A stretch of 64,000 nt of DNA from Eledone cirrhosa (lineage: Eukaryota). Under the pieces are notes generated by a model. That model did not search any database. It had not been told where the DNA came from and saw only the letters and a program-made list of their open reading frames with translations. The stretch covers positions 3,658,001 to 3,722,000 of the forward strand of contig OZ024762.1 of the NCBI GenBank assembly GCA_964016885.1. Reading direction: 5' to 3'. A program made the translations under genes and the position numbers. Shown here one piece after another: positions 52,156 to 63,495 of the stretch (the stretch's first letter is position 1; each line of letters begins with the position of its first letter).

Positions 52156-52679
52156 GGTTGTATTTATTTTAATGTACACAAACACATCAATTATCTTTCA
52201 ACATATTATTTTCGTATTTCTATATAATCTGTTCCCACTTTTATTTCTTAGTTTGAAATTATTCTTCTCTTCTGAGAGGGTCGTTGGGATGAGGGGATGA
52301 GCAGAGTTCTTAAACACTCCTTCCAACACGGGTCCTGTCAGAAGCAACCGTCTCTAATTGATCAGTCTGGTTTCCTAAGCGAAACCAGCCGAGCTCGTGG
52401 ATGTTATCCAGCCATCCAGCTCGGTGTCATCTCCCGGGTCGCCTACCGGTTGGTTTTGCCAGTAAAATCTGACCAGCGATTCTTTCTTCTGCCATAGCCG
52501 TCAACAATCCGACACATACACACACACATCTCTCTGTTATTGGGTCGTCAAGTATGAAATTTGTAGAAATTTGTTTTTCTACAAATTTCATACTTGACGA
52601 CCCAATACTTAATTACATAAATATTTCACATGAAAATATAGAATCAAAACGAAAGAAAATATAAAGTTAACACTAAGAG

Positions 52680-53200
52680 TGTCAATGCGTCACACACCGC
52701 AAGGGGTGTCGGAGCCTTTCTCAAATACTTTTTGAGGCAAGCCAACACACCGCCAGCGTTATCATCAGGGATGGCGAGACTAAGACAGTGGGACAACCAA
52801 GCACCATCATTAGGAGCATCACCTGATACCTCGGTACGGCCGGGTGATAGTGGCGAGGCTAAGACACTAGAACAACCAAGCACCCCCACTGGTACCACTA
52901 GATACCTCAGTAAAGCCGGCTGATGGCGAGGGTAATAAGACTGGAATAGCCAAGCACCCCCACTGGCATCAGTGGATACCTCAGTAAAGCCGAGTGATAG
53001 CGAGGGTAAGAGACTGGAATAGCCAAGCACCTCCACTGGCATGACTGGATACCTCAGTAAAGCCGGCTGATGGCGAGGCTAAGACACTGGAACCACCAAG
53101 CATCCCCACTGGCATCACTAGATACCTCAGTAGAGCCGAATGATGGTGAGGGTAAGAGGCAGGAATAGCCAAGCGCCCTGACCAGGAGCGTCACCTGATT
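52680..53200 (-). mobile_element. Diverged CRE 3' fragment with tandemly amplified sub-segment
   Basis: GAWLSHCLSLAIPDDNAGGVLACLKKY, plus about 6 copies of a ~70-bp gatacctcagtaaagccg..gatggcgagg..actggaatagccaagcacc unit. Confidence 0.7.
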
Positions 53201-53310
53201 CTTGATTGTAGCACAGTTGAATGTTGTTAAGTGGATGTAGCGATGGGTTGAATTGGTTTGTGTTGGTTGTTGTTCAGCGTGGCAGAGGTTGTAGTAGTTT
53301 GTGTTGTTGG

Positions 53311-54759
53311 CAGTGTCGGACTTAAGACATATGAGGCCCTGGGCTAGTTAAGTTGTGAGGCCTCTTACTTGGGCCCTGAACTTAAGCCAGCGGCGTGCAG
53401 AGCTCTGGTGATGCCCGGGGCAAATCTTGATTGTATGCCCCAAAGACTCAAGTATAGGGCCTAATATACTGAGAAATATGAGAAAGGAAAATATTTTGAA
53501 TATATAAACACAGATGAAACCTGAAATAAACGCTTTATTCGATTTTAATATAAATCAATCACATTTATTAAGTTCTTTCCTCCAAATGATGCCCCCATCC
53601 AAAGGATACCGGGGCTAACGCACCGTCGCCCCCCACCCCCTCTGCACGCTACTGGCTTAAGCACCCCTCAGCACAATAGTAAATCCAGCAATGGTTGTTG
53701 GCTTGATGGGTGTTTATTAAAGAGAGTATCAAATTACTGCGTGTTTCTCTAAAAAAAAAAAAAGTCCCCAGGACTTATCTACGGGGTGGGGCCTTATATT
53801 TTTATACAAAAAAATAACAGCATATGAGTTTTGATAAAAGTGTCATTATACGATAAAGAAATATATTTTTCCTGTGTAGTTATATATACTTTCAGTTGTA
53901 TATTGTAATTACTGTATCGTTGAAGGGTTAACATAATTGTATTACAGGGGTGTGCAACATATTCCATTGGAACAACTATTAGGGCCATTGATCTAGTGGT
54001 TAGGGTGTTGAACTTGCGATAATAATTTAGTGGGTTCGATTCCTGGACTGGGCTGTGTGTGACTAAGACACTGGAATAACCTAGCAACATCACCAGGAGC
54101 ATCACCCACAACATAAGTAAACCAACACATACACAACATTGCCACAAGTGGTAGCGTAGCTAAGATGTTGGAATAGCTAAGCACCCTCACTAGGGGTATC
54201 ACCCGAAACATTGGTAAGCCAACACATACACAGCATTGCCACAGGTGATGGTGTGGCTAAGACACTGGAATAGCTAAGCGCGCTCTCCAAGAGCATCACC
54301 TGATACATCGGTAAGGTGAGTAACCAACAATGACAAGAACTTCGTTGTCATCAACCCAGCTCCCCTAAATGTCTCAAACGTCACAGACAGGGGGTGGGGG
54401 TAATAATTTGCCGATAATTCCCTGTATTTTAGAATGTTATTCCGTTCAGCTACAGAATACAGTGACCCTCACTTTTACCGCAATATGATGAGCCAGGAAC
54501 ATTAGAGTCACTGATTGTGGTGACCCAAATGAGACATCCACCTCTTACCCAGAGACAAAGGGTTAAGTCTCTTTCAGTGCCAGATTTACCATTGTGCTTA
54601 GATATGTTTAACCCCAGGGCCATGTTGGCCAGGAGGCCATCTTCCTGCAAAAAATATTTTTTACGATGAATTTTTCAAATTTTTTTCAAATGTCAAACGT
54701 TCAAAGGAGCCTCATAACTTAACTAGCACAGGGCCTCATTTATCCTAAATCAGGCACTG
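53311..54759. mobile_element. hAT-like TIR element containing a nested MITE, a SINE head and CRE fragments
   Basis: ~50-bp TIRs: cagtgtcggacttaagacatatgaggccctgggctagttaagttgtgaggc versus reverse complement cagtgcctgatttaggataaatgaggccctgtgctagttaagttatgaggc. No clear TSD. Confidence 0.65.
53388..53654. mobile_element. hAT-like MITE
   Basis: TIRs cagcggcgtgcagag / ctctgcacgctactg. 8-bp TSD acttaagc/gcttaagc. Confidence 0.8.
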
Positions 54760-55702
54760 GTCTCTTCCCATTAGAGTGGGGCTTTGTTATAATGTGTGAT
54801 TAAGTGTGCGGCTCTTCTTCCCCTGCACCCCCATTTTTTCTTCTTTACTATCCGCCCACCTTTTCTGGTGTTTTTCAACGATTCTGGCTTTCAAGACCAT
54901 CGGAATTATTTGTTTTTAGTTATTGTTATATTTGGGGAGGGTCATGTTGTTATAACATTGTCAGGAAAATATAGTAAAACAAACCAAACAGTGTATTTTA
55001 CTATATATTTTTCTGGCAATATTATAACATCACCACCTTCCCCAAACATAACAATTTGTTTCAGCACACGATTTCATACCAAAAAGCTTGCAAAACAAAT
55101 TAATGTTTCTAGTTAATTAGGCAGAGGGAGAGTATGTTCGGAGTTCTCAGATTTGGAGGTGAATATTAACGCGTGTCTAACATATGCAATGGTCGACTTG
55201 GCTTGTTGGGACACACGATCCCGAATGAGAGATAATGTTAATCAGGTCCTGTATTGGTACCCCCGTGGAAAGATGTAAAGAAGACGTCCCAAGGAGGGCT
55301 GGCGGTAAACAATGGATAGAGACCTGAAACCCATCAACAAAAGTTGGAATAATGTATTGATAACAGACCTGTTATCTCTTCCTGTCCGACGGGGAGATCC
55401 CCCACTTTTTGGTGGGCGAGAGATGTCTTCTCTTGTGAAAATGAGTATAGTTTTCATTATGTAAAATCTCCCTATTTTGCCTCATTTCTCCTCGTTTTGG
55501 GGCACTTTTTTTCATGGTACTCCTCGTTAGAGGTTGGTAGGTCTGTGATAAGATGCAAGTGACTGTGATCATTGGAGCACTTTGGCTGCCTCATGTGTCT
55601 CAAGACACGGGAGAAGTCTAAGTGTTGATTTTGGTATGTTTTGAACAAATCTGGCCTTCAAAACCATCGAAAATATTCGTATTTTGATTAAATGGGTGAG
55701 GG

Positions 55703-55816
55703 TACTTTCGTATTTAGAGGTGAATATTACACTGGGGGAGGAATACTTTCGTATTTAGAGGTGAATATTACACTGGGGGAGGAATACTTTCGTATTTAGA
55801 GGTGAATGTTACACTG
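55703..55816. repeat. 41-bp tandem repeat, about 3 copies
   Basis: tactttcgtatttagaggtgaatattacactgggggaggaa. Confidence 0.85.
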
Positions 55817-55988
55817 GTTTCGCTTTGGAAGTGAAACTAGTATTATACATGTTGTTATTTTAGGTGTTTGAATGAATCTGGTCTTCAAAACTGCCGGAAA
55901 TTATTCGTTTTAGTATTTTATAGTTAACTGGAGAAGGAAGAGGTTTTAATTTTGTCTTCCATCTTCCCGATAATCAATAAAATCAATA

Positions 55989-56030
<42 letters not shown>

Positions 56031-56206
56031 TAATGATATCATCTTGTAAGCATATAAAGACAGGTTTTGGTATTGATTTAATCGATTACAGTTGCCTCCC
56101 AACATATGTGGTCATGTATGTCGTATATTGATAAATATTTACATCTATATTGAGGCTGTATTTAGTTAAGTTCCCCCTCTCTTATTCATTCTATTTCTTC
56201 CCCCTC

Positions 56207-56242
<36 letters not shown>

Positions 56243-56261
56243 GGTTACAGGGTTCTAATTC

Positions 56262-56328
<67 letters not shown>

Positions 56329-56699
56329 GTTTATCCCGGGTTCAATCGGGGGTAACCACAGTAAGGTACTCAATACATAGCAGAGTATAAATATTTAATA
56401 TAGAAATGGTTTCTACATGACTAGAACTGTTTCATTCAGGAGAAATCATACACACATACATCACGTTTTGACTTAACGACTCATTTAATTCAAGCTTTAC
56501 TCTCCAGCCTTCTAAAGGAAAAAATATTAATTTTATTAAGATTGTACAAATAACTTTACAAATGCGTAAATAACATTATAAATGATAAACACGTCTTGTC
56601 AATCTAAAATTTTTCTATTTCTTTTTCTATTAAATTGTATTTATTTTTAAAAAGACAAATTGTCACCAAAAAGAGAAAAAAATATAAAAATAAAGGGGG

Positions 56700-56990
56700 C
56701 ACTAAGTGCGACAATCGGCTACACATCACATCAAAAGGGTTGACTAAACACTTTGAGGCAAGTCAACACGCTCGCAGCATTGCCACGGGTGATGGCGAGA
56801 CTAAAGCGCTGAAACAACCAGGCACCCTTGTGGGTAAGGCTTCATTTGACACCTCAATAAGCTGAGGTCCTAGGTTCTGAAACAACCAGGCACCCTTGTG
56901 GGTATCACCTGACACCTCAGTAAGGCGAGGCTAAGGCGCTGAAACAACCAGGCAGCCTGACGGACATGATCTGACACCTCAGTAAGGCGA
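56700..56990 (-). mobile_element. Diverged CRE 3' fragment with internal reiteration
   Basis: tttgaggcaagtcaacacgctcgcagcattgccacgggtgatggcgag aligns to 51762-51810. ctgaaacaaccaggca occurs three times. Confidence 0.7.
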
Positions 56991-57044
56991 ACAAATACCA
57001 ACGAAATACTGCGATCAATATAATCGATATTATTTATCTCCTAG

Positions 57045-57740
57045 GGCAGTATCAGTAGAGGGTCGGACGCCATGCTTTGCAGTATAGAATTACGCCCCTT
57101 TACGGTCTGAGTTCAAATCCCGCCGAGGTTAACTTTGCCTTCCATCCTTACGGGGTCGATAAAATAAAGTACCAGTAATGCTCTGAGAAAATTGTTAGCC
57201 TTGTGCCAAAAGAAGTAACAATTATTTATCTTGGCAGTATCGGTAGAGTGTCGAACACCATGCTTTATAGAATAGGGTTACGCTCCTTTATGTTCTGAGT
57301 TCAAATCCCGATCCTTTTGGGGTCGTTAAAATAAAGTACTAGCACTGGGGTCGAATTAATTTTTAGCCTTGTGCCTATAGTAGAAATAATTACTTATCTC
57401 CTGCCCTATACTGTCGGTGAATTGGCAGTCATTAGAACGTCAGATAGAATACTTTATGGTATTTGTTCTGGCTCTCTGCTCTCAAATTACGTCCAAGTCA
57501 ACTTTACCTTTCATCCTTTCGAGGTCGATAAAAAAAAGTACCAGTCTAGTTCTGGGGTGGATTCTTCCTCTGTGTCTCTTTCTCATTTCCTCTCTCTCAC
57601 TTTCTATCTTTTTCTGGAAGAAATCTGCTGTACTCAGGTCTGGAGGGGGGTGGGCTCCTCCGGGCTTAAAATGCGCAAGAAACGCCATATGTAAATACGG
57701 CGCCCCTACGGCTCTATCGGGAATTATGACACCATACATA
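57045..57740 (+). mobile_element. Three head-to-tail family A SINEs
   Basis: Copies start at about 57045, 57232 and 57415. Confidence 0.85.
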
Positions 57741-58717
57741 CCTACACCGCCACACCACAAACATTTATGGTGCTTCTTCCTTTTCAGAGTCTCCTCAAAC
57801 GGAAACTTTAGATTTCCACAAGTAAAAAAAGTAAAAAGAAAAAAAAAAAGGAAATGATAGTAATTCTTTTTTTTTCTGACACTTGGCTTCTTTTTCTTTT
57901 TCTTTTTCTTCTTCTTCTTCTTCTTCCTGGGAGGGTAGGAGATATATTCTACTGAGGTCATGAAGGTTATAAAAATTTATAAAAAGTAATGAACGTTGGG
58001 TTAAATCAAGGGGAAAATACAATAAGAAAAAATAAATTAAGAGAAAATATATATTAGTTTCATAACTTTTTATAACCCTCTTCCATGGAACATACCTCAA
58101 TCAATCAGATTTTCTTCTCCGCCACACCTTGCTGGTCTTGGCCAGGGTATATTCACATAGGATTTAGTACCCTGAACCTTCCTGGCAGCTGACCGTTTGG
58201 TTCTCATTAACAGCATAGCAGTATCTTGAAACAGCAGAATTTCTGTCGCCGCCACACAACCCCCACTCCCTGGTCACGCCTAACAAACCCACAATGCTTA
58301 GCATTGACGAGTTTGTTATTCAGAGGTGGTCTGCTGCAACAATAACACCAATTTCACTGGACTTTATCTGCACACTAGTTGGCGAAACTGTGCAGTTGGG
58401 ACTTGGAAGGGCTTCCAGCCGTAGTAAACCAGCCAAAAACTCTCCTATATGAGCAAGACATGGTCACCCGACTCAACTTGCCTCTAAATGGGACAAACCT
58501 GTCTAACCCATGCTAACATGGAAGATAGACGTTAATCGATGATGATATGTTTATGTACATATGTGTTTTAAAGTTATCAGATTAGACTTGTCTGGGGGAG
58601 TGGCATGACAAGTTTAATGCGCATCTTGTTGTACATTTGTGTGTATGTATATGACACACACACACACAAACAATTGGAATCAAATTCTGTCAATCAATTG
58701 GTTATTGATAAGGTGAA

Positions 58718-58827
58718 ACCCGCTGATGAAGTCATGCGCTGATGTGCATTGTTGCATAATAAATGCAGACAGTGGATGCCGTGCACTCTCTTGCTGCATT
58801 AAGTGCAGCAGAAACTCGAGTTCGGGT
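58718..58827 (+). ncRNA. Hammerhead-like motif with expanded domain II
   Basis: acccg CTGATGA ..81 nt.. GAAAC TCGA GTT cgggt. Distal pairing ctgtcaatc (58687) / gattgacag (58831). Confidence 0.55.
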
Positions 58828-58988
58828 ATAGATTGACAGTACCCATTTATGTGTGTTGTGTTAAAGTGAATAACTGTGTCTACTCTGGGAGTTTACTTAA
58901 CATTACCTATTGAATACGCTGAGATGCAACTGGTACTAGCAGTGAAACCTATGCTAGTTTCGTCAACTCATTATATATATATATATAG

Positions 58989-59178
58989 AGGGCGGTGGAT
59001 TGGCAGTATCGGTAGAGGGTCGGACGCCATGCTTTGACGCATAGAGTTACAGCCCTTGCCATTCTGAGTTCAAATCCCGCCGAGGTTAACTTTGCCTTTC
59101 ATCCTTAAGGGGTCGATAAAATAAAGTACCAGTAATACACTGGGTAATTGCTGGCCTTGTGCCAAAAGTAGAAACAAT
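58989..59178 (+). mobile_element. SINE family A, full length
   Basis: Complete head, core and tail. Flanks share attatatatatatata. Confidence 0.88.
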
Positions 59179-59476
59179 TATATATATATATAATATATAT
59201 ATATATAATATATATATATATAAATGAGATCGTGTAGGTGTCACGACAAAAAACACACAGTCCACGCTGTAATGTGGCCGTGTAGGCAACACGGTAAAAA
59301 CCTCCCAGACCCACAATGTAAATGTGGTTGGTGTTAGGAAGGGCATCCAACTGTAGAAAACCTGCCAGACAGTCCTATGCGAGCAAGACAATTACTCTTG
59401 CCTCAAGTGGGAAAACCCCCGTCCAAACCCATGCAAGCGTGGAACACGGACGTTAAACGTTGATGATGATGATGAT

Positions 59477-59745
59477 ATAGTTTACAGATTGCATCTGTTG
59501 TACATTTCCCAGGCACAAAACCAAACTGCATCTCATCTAGTTTGACCCTTTCTCTAATTAGTTGCGCTAATATCCTTTCTGCCACTTTCATAACCTGATC
59601 CATCAGTTTTATACCCCTATAATTTCTCCTGTCCAGAGCATCCCCTTTACCTTTGTAGCAATTTATGAGAATACTGCTGCACCAGTCTTTGGGGATGACA
59701 CCACCATATATAGCCTGATTGATGATGCGTGCAACCAGTTTAGTG
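59477..59745 (-). pseudogene. RTE LINE RT fragment
   Basis: IPKDWCSSILINCYKGKGDALDRRNYRGIKLMDQVMKVAERIL..LDEMQFGFVPGKCTTDAI. Confidence 0.88.
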
Positions 59746-59979
59746 CCTAATATATATAGACATATACATATATTAGTGTGTGTAAGTATGTGTGTGTATA
59801 ACCACTTTAAAGAGTGGTAGTGATGTTTGTGTATGTATCTGTGTGTATGCGTATGTGTGTATGTGTGAGTGCCAGATAGCTCAGTCCACTTGAAGATATT
59901 TCTCAGAATTTACACAGTATTCCAGGAAATTCTTTATTACTTTGTGAGTCATTGTTTATCTTGCATAGTAAATCAATTA

Positions 59980-60785
59980 AAACCACTACCACCACCAGCA
60001 TCATCACCACCACCACCACCCACTACTACCAACACCACCAGCAACACCATCACCACCACCAACCACTACCACCAACACCACCAGCAACACCATCACTACC
60101 ACCAGCAAAACCACCACCACCAACCACTACCACCACCACCAGCAACACCATCACCACCATCATCAGCAAAAACCACCACCATCACAAGCAAAACCACTAC
60201 CAACACCATCACCACCACCACCAACCACTACCATCACCACCACCACCAACCACTACCACCAACACCATCACCACCACCACCAACCACTACCACCACCACC
60301 ACCACTAACACAATCACCACCAAAACCACCACCAACACCAGCACTACCACCACTACTCGCACCACCCCCACCACCCCTACCTCATCACTACTAAAATGAA
60401 CGCTACCACCACAACCACTAACACCACTGCCACCACCACCAGTAACATCACAATCACCACAACAACGAACACTACCATCACCACCACAAACACCACCTAC
60501 ACTGCAACCTACACCACCACCATCACCACCGCTAACACCACCACCAACACTACCATCACCACCGCTAACACCACCACCACCACTACCATCAACACCGCTA
60601 ACACCACCACCAATACCACCACCACCAATACCACCACCCCAACCACCACTACCATCAACACCGCTAACACCACCACTACCATCAACACCGCTAACACCAC
60701 CACCACCACTAGCCCAACACCACCACCACTACCACCGTCGTCACCACCACCAATACCACTACCCCACCACCACCACCACTACCAT
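59980..60785. repeat. Degenerate (ACC)n array
   Basis: Direct reading. Confidence 0.9.
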
Positions 60786-60909
60786 TCTATTAATCATTAA
60801 TAATGAAAGTAAATTTCTGAGAAATGAAGGTGAAAGTCACATCAACATCTACATCTACAACAACATCAACAACAACAACATCACCAACACCACTATTACT
60901 AACACCCAT

Positions 60910-61392
60910 GGTGAGATAGACTCTACACCCCAGTCTAGGTGGTATGTCACTCACAGCTGAGATATACCACCTAGACGGGTGTAGAGTCTGTCACTCCCTA
61001 CCACAGCTGAGATATACCACCTAGACTGGGGGTGTAGGGTGTCACTCACAGCTGAGATATACCACCTAGACTGGGGTGTAGGCTCTGTCACTCACAGCTG
61101 AGATATACCACCTAGACTGGGGTGTAGGCTCTGTCACTCACAGCTGAGATATACCACCTAGACTGGGGTGTAGGCTCTGTCACTCACAGCTGAGATATAC
61201 CACCTAGACTGGGGTGTAGGCTCTGTCACTCACAGCTGAGATATACCACCTAGACTGGGGTGTAGGCTCTGTCACTCACAGCTGAGATATACCACCTAGA
61301 CTGGGGTGTAGGGTCTGTCACTCACAGCTGAGATATACCACCTAGACTGGGGTGTAGAGTCTGCCACTCCCTACCTCAGGTGAGATATACCA
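60910..61392. repeat. 46-bp minisatellite, about 9 copies, first unit inverted
   Basis: cagctgagatataccacctagactggggtgtaggctctgtcactca. Confidence 0.92.
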
Positions 61393-61621
61393 ACCTGGTC
61401 ATTGGGTGGTAGACTTAATCTATCACTTGGTTCACCCCCTCCCCCACCTGATCATTGGGTTTCTTTAGCAGTCCACTCTGTTGCAAGCAGTCAAGAGAGG
61501 TCCTCAATTTGAGGATACCTTCCCCTTCTTTTCCCTCTTTCCCACTCGTCTCAGAGACCATCAAAGGATCAAAGACACTGACCTTCCTTTTCTCACCACC
61601 ACCAAAAATGTTTTTTAACTA

Positions 61622-62868
61622 TGTAGCAGACACCTGCCTCTGTTAACTGTAGCAGACACCTGCCTCTGTTAACTGTAGCAGACACCTGCCTCTGTTAACT
61701 GTAGCAGACACCTGCCTCTGTTAACTGTAGCAGACACCTGCCTCTGTTAACTGTAGCAGACACCTGCCTCTGTTAACTGTAGCAGACACCTTCCTCTGTT
61801 AACTGTAGCAGACACCTGCCTCTGTTAACTGTAGCAGACACCTGCCTCTGTTAACTGTAGCAGACACCTTCCTCTGTTAACTGTAGCAGACACCTTCCTC
61901 TGTTAACTGTAGCAGACACCTGCCTCTGTTAACTGAAGCAGACACCTGCCTCTGTTAACTGTAGCAGACACCTGCCTCTGTTAACTGTAGCAGACACCTG
62001 CCTCTGTTAACTGTAGCAGACACCTGCCTCTGTTAACTGTAGCAGACACCTGCCTCTGTTAACTGTAGCAGACACCTTCCTCTGTTAACTGTAGCAGACA
62101 CCTGCCTCTGTTAACTGTAGCAGACACCTGCCTCTGTTAACTGTAGCAGACACCTGCCTCTGTTAACTGTAGCAGACACCTTCCTCTGTTAACTGTAGCA
62201 GACACCTGCCTCTGTTAACTGTAGCAGACACCTGCCTCTGTTAACTGTAGCAGACACCTTCCTCTGTTAACTGTAGCAGACACCTGCCTCTGTTAACTGT
62301 AGCAGACACCTGCCTCTGTTAACTGTAGCAGACACCTGCCTCTGTTAACTGTAGCAGACACCTTCCTCTGTTAACTGTAGCAGACACCTGCCTCTGTTAA
62401 CTGTAGCAGACACCTTCCTCTGTTAACTGTAGCAGACACCTGCCTCTGTTAACTGTAGCAGACACCTGCCTCTGTTAACTGTAGCAGACACCTGCCTCTG
62501 TTAACTGTAGCAGACACCTTCCTCTGTTAACTGTAGCAGACACCTGCCTCTGTTAACTGAAGCAGACACCTGCCTCTGTTAACTGTAGCAGACACCTGCC
62601 TCTGTTAACTGTAGCAGATACCTGCCTCTGTTAACTGTAGCAGACACCTGCCTCTGTTAACTGTAGCAGACACCTGCCTCTGTTAACTGTAGCAGACACC
62701 TGCCTCTGTTAACTGTAGCAGATACCTGCCTCTGTTAACTGTAGCAGACACCTTCCTCTGTTAACTGTAGCAGACACCTGCCTCTGTTAACTGTAGCAGA
62801 CACCTGCCTCTCTTAACTGTAGCAGACACCTGCCTCTGTTAACTGTAGCAGACACCTCTCTCTGTTAA
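61622..62868. repeat. 26-bp minisatellite, about 48 nearly identical copies
   Basis: tgtagcagacacct(g/t)cctctgttaac. Confidence 0.95.
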
Positions 62869-63087
62869 CCCTTTAGCAACTACAGTACTCTATATTTACT
62901 ATTATATTTTCATAGTAAACGCTTTATCTCATAATTATCTCACATGATATCGAATCTGTGAGATTTTGATATTATTTATTTTGAGAACAATACCTTAACA
63001 TCAGTATGGGAGGCCAGTTATGGCCGGTTTGAACAGAAAGAGGTGTGAGAATTCTGGCCAGTTATGGCCGGCTTAAATGCTAAAGGG
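62869..63087. mobile_element. piggyBac-like MITE
   Basis: TTAA|CCCTTTAGCA ... TGCTAAAGGG|TTAA. Confidence 0.85.
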
Positions 63088-63396
63088 TTAATTGTGTAAT
63101 GTAAACCTGCCTCTCTTAATTGCAGCTGTCATTAATGTAACCAAATGTTGTTTTAGAACTGAAAAAGAAGAAAACACCTAAAGAAGTTAGAATATTCTAG
63201 AAACTCAGTGAAAAAAAAAGGCAGAAGTCCCACATTTTGGTAATTAGTGTCTATATATTTTTTTAAAATTTACTTCATCTAAACAAGGCAATAAAGCCTC
63301 TAAAATACAAGGGGTTACTGAGAAGGGAGAAGGATAAGACAAGAGAACATAATACAAGGAGAGACATGACGATTGATATTGGTTTTGAAATATATA

Positions 63397-63495
63397 CAGG
63401 GTGTCCCCCAAAAATGTATACACACTTTGATTACCTGTACCGGCAATATTTATAAGAATGCTGTTGAAGTATGTATACATTTTTGGGACACCCTG
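63397..63495. mobile_element. Tc1/mariner-type mini-MITE
   Basis: TA|CAGGGTGTCCC..AAAATGTATAC ... GTATACATTTTTGGGACACCCTG|TA. Confidence 0.8.

Noticed and set aside
60910-62868. CRISPR-like regular repeats
   Set aside because: Head-to-tail units without unique spacers, no cas genes, eukaryotic context.
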